Shown one piece after another: positions 51,400 to 64,000 of a DNA stretch of 64,000 bases. Under the pieces are notes generated by a model. That model did no database searches, was not told the DNA's origin, and was given only the letters and a program-made list of their open reading frames with translations. The position numbers were made by a program, and so were the translations under genes. Positions within the stretch are counted from its first letter, which is position 1. Every line of letters starts with the position of its first letter. Source of the stretch: the human T2T-CHM13v2.0 reference genome, Homo sapiens; assembly GCF_009914755.1 (NCBI RefSeq), contig NC_060937.1; one strand, 5' to 3'.

Positions 51400-53014
51400 A
51401 GAAACAAAACTCATTCCATGGAATACACCACATTAACTTAGTAAAGGGAAGAAGCAACGATAACAACATATGAACATCTCAAATGATCCAGAAAAACATT
51501 TGATAAAAGTCAACAAAATCGAATCATAAATTCGCTCAAAAAACTGGGAATAGAAGGAAACTATGTCGACATGATGAAGGCTGTATGTGACAATTCACAG
51601 CCAACATCATACTCAATAATGTAAGACTGGAAGCTTTTTCTCTAAGATTGAAAATGAAACAATTTTGACCATCTTAAATCCTTCTACTCAACATAGCATT
51701 GGAATTCCTATCCAGAACAACTAGGCAATTTTAAAAAGCCTTCCAAATTTGAAAGGAAAAAATAAAATTACTTCTGTTCACAGATTACTTTATATTATAT
51801 ATCGTAAAAATACATATAATATTTCATACCCCCTCACAAATACACAAAAGCTTGTCAGAATTAATTTTAAAAATTAGCAAAATTTCGGGATACAAAATAA
51901 CACTCATATCTGTTGCATTTCTATATGCTAAAAATGAATAATTCTAAAAAGGTAATTGAAACAACAATTCCATTTACGATGGCATCAAAAAGAACAAACT
52001 TCTTGGGAATAAACTGAAGGAGGCAATGTACACTGAAAACTTAAAAAACATTGCTGAAAGAATTAAAGAAGACATCAACAAATGAAAAAACAACTTATGT
52101 TTATGGATTGAAAGACAAATTTGTTAAAATATCAATACTACCTAAAGTAATCTACAGATTCAGTCCATTATCTATTGTAATCCCAATTATAAATTGCTAG
52201 ATGAGCCTGCAATAATTGTCAGACTCTAATCTGCATTTGCACATTGTCTTTTTTTTCTTCTACATAATAGGCCCTATTTAAATTCTGCTTTCAGCCCCAG
52301 TCTCAATTGCACTTTCTTTGCAGAAATTTAAAAAAAAATTACTCTAAAATTGATGTGGAACCTCAAGCAACCCCAAATAGACAAAATAATCTTGAAAAAG
52401 GACAATCAGAACAATCATGTTTTCTGATTTTGAGACTTACTTTAAAGCTACAGATATCAAAACAGTGTCATATTAGCATAAAAAGACAGGCATATAGACC
52501 AATGGAACAAGATAGCCCAGAAATAAGCCCTCACATATGTGTTCAAATGATTTTTAACAGGGTACCAAGATGACTCAGTGTGCAAAAAACAGTATTTTCA
52601 ACAAATGGTATTGGAAAAACTGGATAGTCATATGCAAAAGAGTAAAGTTGGACTCAGGTTACTCCATATATAAAAACTAACTCATATGCATCAAAGCCCT
52701 AAACATACAAACTAAAACTATAACATTCTCAGAAGAAAATATGGGAAAAGTTTTGTGACATTGAATTTGCCAATTATTTTTTAGATATGACACCATGAAC
52801 ACAGGCAACATAATAAAACAATAATAAATTAGACTATATCAAAATTTAAAACTCTTGTATATCAAAGGATGCTAACAGCATAAAGTAAACACAACCTATG
52901 GTTTGGGAGAAAATATTTCCAAATCATGTATCTAGTAAGGGATTAACATTCAGAATATATAAAGAAATCCTAAAACTCAAGAACAACCCCAACAATTTCA
53001 AAATGGGCAAAGGA

Positions 53015-53015
<1 letters not shown>
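51400..53015 (+). mobile_element. Old L1M ORF2 fragment (RT to C-terminal region)
   Basis: AACATTTGATAAAAGTCAAC, CTGTTCACAGATTAC and CATATAGACCAATGGAAC. Heavily decayed. Confidence 0.85.
52190..52300 (-). repeat. ~110-bp inverted duplicate of 50222-50330 inserted into L1M ORF2
   Basis: Manual alignment gives ~17 substitutions and 2 gaps (~83% identity). Confidence 0.88.

Positions 53016-53016
<1 letters not shown>

Positions 53017-53049
<33 letters not shown>
53017..53049. repeat. (CA)n microsatellite
   Basis: Seen directly in the sequence. Confidence 0.95.
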
Positions 53050-53051
<2 letters not shown>

Positions 53052-53214
53052 GCGTTTCTGTGAGTAAACTGAGAGATTCACATGAAGAAATCATGAAAAA
53101 ATGCAACATGAAAGAAAGGTTTAGAAATAAGAAATAGAAAAAAACCTTTTTTACATTGGTTTCTAATAGAAGATAATAAAAAGAGTGGAAGAGAAATGAA
53201 CTTTCATGGAAACC

Positions 53215-53529
<315 letters not shown>

Positions 53530-54360
53530 TGACCATTCTTCTGGGCATTACTCTTGCAGTAAATGAATACCTAGCTTCTTGTTTACGGTAGCAGCTTCTT
53601 GCCTTCAGAAGTGAAGAATTGAGAGGAACATGAATGCATTCATCGGATCACCAGCTTCCCAATGACATTGCTAAAATTCCTTTGATTTAGTAATATTTGC
53701 TGAATATGTTTTTCTTATATTTCATAAACCTTCTTTGTAATCATTTAGTCAATTAAATGTGAATATATGCTTTCGAGTATCATGTTGCTCTATTTGCTTT
53801 CAGTATATTTGAGTGCGAATTATTGCATTTACTTATGCTGATAATTCTTCTCTAACTTGCAATTGTGCTTTCCAATTGTTAATTTTTTGTTCAACTTTAT
53901 CCTATATGCTTTTGGGTACAAAAACACCTGTATGCAAGAATTTTGAAGATGTTTTTGTTAGGGATTAAGGGCTACACACTAATTGGGCTATATTTTATTT
54001 TAAATGTTAAGTTGTATTTTCTCGTAGCAAAGATAAAATATTATTTCAGAAATCAACCTTATACTTCGCACCGGTTTGAGATTTCAATTTTCTGTAGTTT
54101 TTTCTGTCTACCTTGACAGTTGGAAAATAGCAAGCCTTGGGCTGCAGTCCTGGCCATTGTCCTTTTATCTCCCAACCCCCTTATTTACTCTGGAAAATAC
54201 GTCAGTGCTCCAGTGTTGCACACAGTGTATGTTAGTTGTAGCTCTCTAACACCCATTACATAAGTTCTAAAAATCTTAGGTCAAGGAGGCTTTAAAATCC
54301 TAATGTTTACCTCCAATCAGTTATATCTGTATCTAATACTCCTGTGGTCCAGAAAGACTT

Positions 54361-54397
<37 letters not shown>

Positions 54398-57299
54398 AAT
54401 GTGGCACAGTGTTCTTTTATATTTTTTGCCACAGAGGTTTCCATTTCTTTGTTTTGTGCTTGACATATATGTTGAAGTTTCAGGATATTTTCTATAACTG
54501 TGTGTATTTGTAGTAGAAAAGGGACACTTCTACATCAGCCTCGTTTGCCATTATTTCCTAAAGTCCTTATAATGCCTTCCGTAATACGTGTGGGTACACA
54601 GTATTATAGTAGAACAGGATGGAATGAATCTACCTCATTATGCCTGAGATGGTAATGAAAAATCTTATAAGTGATATGATAAATAATAAGTAGATGTTTA
54701 ATGTAGTTAAAGCATACCAGACAATGGGGATAGGAAGTGAAATAATTTAATGACAGAAAGAAAGCCATTTAGCATAACACAGATAGTTAACAATTTCTAA
54801 AGTTATGGATGAATATGCAGGAGTTTTATTAATATAAACTCATAGATTTGTGAGTATAAACTATCTTGGGTCATTCCAGACTAATTTCTTATTGCTCAGA
54901 TGTGCTCTGTATTCCTGTATCTCTAAACATTTTTATATTTGGAATACATTTTCTCCACTACTACCATCACATTCTACCCATGAATCACAAGCTGCATCTC
55001 CAGCATTAAGATCTTCTTAACTCTTCATCCTCTCTCCCTGTTGTTTTCTCTCCTTCTGTTCATATTTTTAAAAATATTTCTGCATTTGTTTTTTGATGTT
55101 TTTAAAATAGGATGACACTGCTATATTTCACTTTATTTAATTCTCAGAAAACCCAAAATAAATCATTATCAATCCCCTACCTTTAACAAATAAGACAAAT
55201 ACTTATCTTTCCAACTATTTTGCAATAATTAGGTAGCAGAGCAAAGATTAGAACTAACACTTCTTAACTTCTTCTAAAACGTCTCTGCTTGAGGACCAAA
55301 GAACCTGTCTTTTTCGTTTTTTTTGGGGGGCATGGTTCCTGACATGAGGAGTCTCACATTAAGTCAGAGTTCATTAAATGCTTGTTGAATTTAATTGACT
55401 CAGCTCTTTTCTAATCCACTCCCTACCTCAAAGTCTAAAGAAGAATTGCCTTTTCCAGGCTGGCACATTGGGCCTTCCTATAAAAAGCAGCGGCTATTGC
55501 CGTTTCTCCAGGAAGATATGAATAATGACTTCAATTTTATGGCTATCAATAGCAGAAAATTAGTGACCGAAAGGCTAATACAGAGTAGAAATCTGAGGAT
55601 GGTTAGCAACTAAAACAGCTGTGTCTCACCATCTTCTCTGTTAACATTCTCTAAAAAAAAAAAAAAAAAAAAAAAAAAGTGTTTTTCTTTTCTCTAGTCA
55701 CTAGCACCATAGTGGAACCAGTAAGAGCCTTCTGTATGTACTGTCAATCATTGTCTCTTATTTACAAAAAATGCTATATGATTTCTAAGTTAAAATGCTT
55801 CATAAGCCATAACATTCAATACAAATATGTCTGTTCTATTATTATTATTACTATTACTACTACTGTTAATGTATTAATAATATAATGAGTAATTGTTTGG
55901 TAAAGCAAAAATTAAGCAAGTGTGGAACAGCCTTAGAACTATAGCTTTGAATATTTTTTACAATCACGCATTCACATTAGCAGCTGCTGCTAAATTAACT
56001 GTGTGAAACAGCATTTATTCAGAGTTTGCCTAGTTTTATGAAGTATCATTTAGCAAAGAGACTCAAAAATAAATTACATTTTTATCTTCAATTCTCCTTA
56101 AAGTTGGTAACTTGATTGTTCTTATACATGTCATAACATCTACACCTAAAATTATGCTGTTTATTACTAACAACACAAAGATGACATTGCTTGGGCTAAA
56201 TTGTTGAAATCCTCAGTTAGCAATTATTGAAGATAACTTTAAGGATCCTTCTGTAATCAGATTTCTTGTAACTCTAATTGGAATATGCCTGATCTAGTGT
56301 AGTTGTTAGTATTTAAACAAATGATTAGTTGCATAAATTTGAATTAAAACAAATAGTGATTTCTCCATAAAAATTAAAATTGAAAGAAAATAATACCAAG
56401 GATAACTTATGGAGTTATCTACAGGACAGTAAGAACTGACATACAATGAAGATCTCTTTTTTATGAGTTGAAATTTATTAATTATGTTACTGTTTACATT
56501 AGTAATTACAGTTAAAACCTGATATTTTTATAAATAAAATTTTCTGTTGCAAAATAAATTATAAGTGATTTATTAAAATATACCTATTCATATGTTAGCC
56601 CCCCTCTTTTTTGTGCTTATGAGAGAAGATACAGTGAAGAAAGGCAGAGATTCCTCAGGCATGTGATCTATTCAACTGCATTCACATGGACGCTACTTCT
56701 AAAATACTCACGATTTTAAAAATCGCGATTGATTTTATAAATTAGAAAATTCAGTGCTAAAAGGGCAGAATTTTATAAGGAAATGCCAGTCATCTCTATT
56801 ACAAGATTCCATAATTTTGGTAATATAGCCTGCCTTTAAGTGACCCTCTTTTATATTTTCTGAACTTAATATATAGGTTACTTCTTTGGGTTAAGTCCAA
56901 CAAAGCCAAGTTAAAAAGCAAATGTTCTCTATAAAGAAACATAAAAGCTATTATGATCATTTAAAACGTACCTTTGAATAATTTATGTTTGATCATAGTG
57001 GTTGAGCTTGAAATGAGAAAGAATATGAAACAGCAAGCTTTAATATAGTATAATAATTTTGGAGAATAACTATGGAGAAGTTAGTGGATGTACCAAAGAC
57101 ATATTAAAGACATTAGAATCTTGATATTCTTGTTCAAATTTGATCATTTCTAGCTATAGAAAACAAATTATGCATACTTCTCAATTTTACTTAAACTAGG
57201 TCCTTAAGAAAAACACGTAAGAATTAGTGCTGTATGTGGAGTAAATATGGAGATTAACTTAATCCAAACTATAGTTGAGCCACTGAAAGTAAGAACTAC

Positions 57300-57515
57300 A
57301 CATTAACCTAGGATTCAAATACTAGGGAATGCCTTATTAACTGTGTTTATCTTGAGCAAACTGGAAATAACTCTTTCTACCTTTGTTTCCTAATCTATTG
57401 AGTGAGTATAATAATTCCTACCTTAAAGGTTATTATAAAAATTCGAGGAGCTTATGCAGGTAAGACACTTAAACCAATGTTTAGCTTGTCTTGAACAGTA
57501 AGGATCAACTATTGC
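57300..57515 (+). mobile_element. MIR
   Basis: CCTAGGATTCAAAT...CTGTGTTTATCTTGAGCAA...TTTGTTTCCTAATCTATT. Confidence 0.6.
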
Positions 57516-58884
57516 CATGGATGTATGGTTGAAACCTAGGATTCTTCAAAGCCAGCAATGTGTTCATGTTGTCCCTTCACTGAAATAACATTCTAAAAAT
57601 TGGAAATATTCTTACACCTATGTCTCTTATGTTATTTACTCTCACTAACATCACTTTATTACACAATTCAATTATCTGTAAAATACTACATTTAACCATA
57701 TTAAATTGCCAATATTTGACAATTGTTCATCCTCAGAAAAGACAGTTTAAAATGACTCAATCTATTAATCGCCCTTAATTTTTCACTTTTCTTTTGACTC
57801 CCTGCTTCCCTCCCTGTTCCATCTATCTACTGTGCTGCAGCAAAATTAATATTCTAAAATATAATTTTGTAGTCTGACAGCTCTCAGAAATTCTTAGGAT
57901 TCCACTGATACTTTATTTTTTTAAATTCAAATGTGGAACAAGATTCCCTGTAATTTTTCCCCAAAGGTAAATTTTCAAATAATATCTCAAAGATCATTAA
58001 ACATGCTCCTTTGGCTCTGGGTGGCACAGTTGCTGCTACCCATATAGATGAGCCTACACTTTTCCTGTAACTGGGGGATCCTTAGGAGACTTCATTCATC
58101 TCAGGAATCCAGTAGTTGTGATTACAGTGCCCCAACTCCAATTCAAAACAGGACATTTTTTTTTTTTTAAAAAGAGGATTTTGGTTTACACTATCTTTTG
58201 TTAAGCAACATTTTTCAGTTACTTCTGTGTTGTCTTTCCTCCTACTGATTTAACAAATCACTTGTCATTGTAAGCTGTGAGAAAAGCTATTTAGAGGGAC
58301 AGTTACGCAAAGTGTACCTTTGCCTAAGACTTAGGGATGAACACTCTCAGAAATGTTCACCAATATTTCTCAAAATCTTGTCCCAAGGACACACTTGGGA
58401 CTGTTTAGCCCCTCATCAACTCTTGACCATTATATCAACTTGATAGATAATATAGATATTAAATTGATACCAATTCTACACATTTCATATCTAAATAGAA
58501 TATGTATTCGTCCTATGACAAAAGGCTGCTGGCATTTTACTTGAGGGACTGATACACAGAGTGGGAAATGAATATTAGAAACCTGTGATGGTACCTAAAG
58601 GGGTAATAAGACACAGAAAAACTATCAAAGGGAGCTAGGTTTCAGCTTCCTGTATTGAGCTTCTATTCTCCAACACTGACTCTATTACTATGAATAATTT
58701 TAGGCTTGCTAATGGCTTCTATTCTCTGAATATGCTAATGTTCTTCTCAGTTTCAGATCTTTTAATCTTCATAGTCTTCCATTTAAAATTTCTTCTTGTA
58801 ACATTCAAATCTTACTCTTTATTGAGGCTAATAGTGATAGTTTCCTTTGAAACCTTCACTCGGCAGTAGAACATAGTATAAGAT

Positions 58885-59017
58885 GAGGGGGTGCAATTTT
58901 TTTCAATTTTCCCAATATAGTCCTGGTTTGAGTCTGTGGCCCCAGAAATTATTAATAGCACCCCTTTTCATATTCACAAATTTTCTGTTTTGGATGATAA
59001 ATTAAATAATGACAACG
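58885..59017 (-). mobile_element. MER94-like hAT-Blackjack fossil
   Basis: AATTATTAATAGCACCCCTTTTCA...TTTGGATGATAAATTA. Confidence 0.6.
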
Positions 59018-59576
59018 AAAAATAATATTGATGTAGCAGTAATGTTTGTTATTCATGAAGTTTGTATAAATTTTAAGCTCCCACAATTTCATTATTTTTA
59101 AGCATACAATGAAATGACATGAATTTTAAAGTATTAGTAAATAAGTAATATTTCAGGTGCCTCATAATTAATCTCTCTGAAATAATTACATGTTTTTGTT
59201 TTATAATTCCAATTCACACATCTCATACTGTATATTATATGTATATATTTTTAACTTAAAAGCTTTTAACTAATTTAAGACATAGTATCTCTTCTGTGCC
59301 TTTTTCAGAATTTAATCTGCTACAAATATAATGTGATGTATGAACAGAAAAATATTGTTTAATAAAATTGTGAATGGAAACATTTGCTTTAATGACTTTT
59401 TCTTTTTATTTTGTAAAACTGATAACCAATAATAAAAGTGGAGATTGTAGGGATACAAAAATATTAGCAATCCAACTCCAATTGTTTTGTTATGTTAAAA
59501 AATAATTATCTAGTAAATAAAACACAACCTTGTCAACCCAACAAAGCAATAACTTTAGGTGATAATCATTATATAG

Positions 59577-61746
<2,170 letters not shown>

Positions 61747-61823
61747 AAGAATCTGAGAAACATAACAGTGCTTTGCAGGGAAGACAGAAATCATAATTCT
61801 TGTAACAATATCAAGAGTCTGTG

Positions 61824-62160
<337 letters not shown>

Positions 62161-63060
62161 TTAGGCTTTCAGTTGCAATCTACAACGCTAAAGGGTAAAA
62201 GTAAAGGCAACTGTAAATGGATCCGGTCTTATAAATGATAATCTTGATACTCAAATTAACTTAATCTCTGACCAAATGATTGTTATTTACCCCCAGCCTA
62301 AGTAGCTTTGTGATTCTGAGAATCTGGGGAAAGCTCTCAGTAATTTCAAGAGTCTCAGGTAACAAAAATTGGGGTTTGGGACATTTTAGTTTCAACTATG
62401 ACAAAAGAGCTAGCATTAGATAAACAATTGTATGCCAAACTACTGTGAAACCTCAATAATATGGGAAACAACTTTTTGAGGGGTTCAGCGAAAAAGCAGG
62501 ACATTATGACTTTGGTGTCTAGAAGTCTGAGAGAGAATGGTTGAGCACCACAGTGACCCACATTCCATTCCATCCTTTTTACATAGGCTTTTTCCAATGT
62601 GTAGTTCAGTGAATAAAAGACAAACAGAAAGTGATGAAACCTGCTGCCATCTCATAGGGAGTTGATATATGGGTTGGAGTTCAGAACTCCCAAGGAAACT
62701 AAAACTTAAAGGGGAAGAGAGAACTCCAGAAAAGTATGACTAAAATTCTGAATGCAATTTTACTTTCAAGCCTTTCTAGTGCCTATGCTAAAGGTGTGTA
62801 AGATAAGACTCTATGAAAGCTAGCTAACCAACACCTCTTGGAGGCTAAACTCCGACAAAGATTTCAGCAGTTTTGTCATTCTGAGAAGGAAGAATTTGGA
62901 ATTCAAGTATGAGTAAATGGCAGGAATCCTAGTAATACCAGAAACTTACTTTCACAGGAGAACCGAAAAAATTCTCTGGAAGAATAGAGGTTTCCAAAGG
63001 TAGGAAAAAATCAACAGAAGTAAATCTGAACAAAGTACAAAAACCATGTTCACCTGTACG

Positions 63061-63820
63061 TGAAAACATCTTTGCAAAAATTATAACTAAGAAAATCATG
63101 ACAGTGAAAGAGATCTAACCTAACCGACTCCATCTTGCTTGTAACCTTCAAGCTGTCCTTGTTCATTCCTCGGCTTAGGCCAAACTAACTTTGGGAGGAA
63201 CTTAATTTATAGTTTAACTTCAAAATAAAGATGATTACAGCCCTTTCCCCAAATAAAACCCTTTCTGCCTGGGGACTAGACTGCCTTTGCCGGACCAACA
63301 AATTAACCATGAGATTAGAAATCATGGTTTAGGAGTCATGTAGCTGGATTCCTTGACTGTCCAGCTGTCCAGACTGGAGGCTGCAAAATTCTCAATATCT
63401 AAATTGCTCCAGGGGATAACATCACCATTGAGAAACTCAAAATTGGCGATGGAATATTTTGCAGACCCTGTACTTGATGGATCAGCTGGCATCACCCAGA
63501 TTGATAAATGGTCTCATCAGGTCTTGTGCCCCCCCCACCCAGGAACTGACTCCATGTAAGAGGACAGCTTCGACTCCCTGTGATTTCATCTCTGACCCAA
63601 CCGGTTAGCACTCCTTACTCACTGGCCCCCTACCTACCAAATTATCCTTAAAGACGCCAATCCCCAAATTCTCAGGGAAGCTGCTTTGAGTAATAATAAA
63701 ACTCCAGTCTCCCATGTGGCTGGCTCTGCATGAATTACTCTTTCTCTATTGCAATTCCCCTGTCTTGATAAACTGGCTCTGTGTAGGCAGTGGGCAAGGA
63801 GAACCTATTGGGTGGTTACA
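63061..63820 (+). mobile_element. LTR8A-like ERV1 solo LTR
   Basis: TGAAAACATCTTTGCAAAAATTATAACT...ACCGACTCCATCTTGC...TTGAGTAATAATAAAACTCC...GGGTGGTTACA, with TG...CA termini. Confidence 0.88.
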
Positions 63821-64000
63821 CATCAAGATGGATTTCTAATAGTCTATCATACTACTATAACCTGAGCATTAATAATTTTTCACATATAAACTATAGCAGT
63901 CAATTGAAGATCACGAGAAATGACCAAGTGATAGATTATCAAAGAAATAAACATAATTAAAACAAACAAAGCAAAAACAAAGCAACCAAGGTAATCCAAA

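Noticed and set aside
54363-55678. Isolated poly(T) (~54363-54394) and poly(A) (~55653-55678) tracts as tails of retrocopies
   Set aside because: I found no adjacent mRNA-like body or convincing TSD, so I treated them as simple homopolymers.

Overview
AT-rich, CpG-poor ape (most likely human) genomic DNA with no intact protein-coding gene, RNA gene or CRISPR array that I can support. It reads as intronic or intergenic. It is dominated by retroelements: a near-full-length decayed L1MA2-like LINE-1 (~6650-14245), 5'-truncated L1PA/L1PB/L1MA/L1MB copies (three with inverted 5' segments), 11 Alus including a hominoid AluYe-type and an S/Y chimera, ERV1/MaLR/ERVL solo LTRs (several nested), hAT DNA transposon fossils, and MIR/L2 remnants. 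The only recognisable cellular-gene sequence is a decayed, intronless SS18L2 retrocopy at ~17569-17796. The most unusual signal is a set of locally templated insertion scars. Two are inverted copies (234 bp at ~99% identity and ~110 bp at ~83%), each pasted into an L1 ORF2 from 1.6-1.9 kb upstream. There is also a 32-bp exact copy moved 5.4 kb, a 42-bp octamer-bearing inverted repeat, an orphan MaLR internal fragment next to palindromic filler, and several snap-back micro-scars. Subfamily names come from recalled consensus sequences and old-repeat boundaries are approximate; RepeatMasker/Dfam should confirm them.
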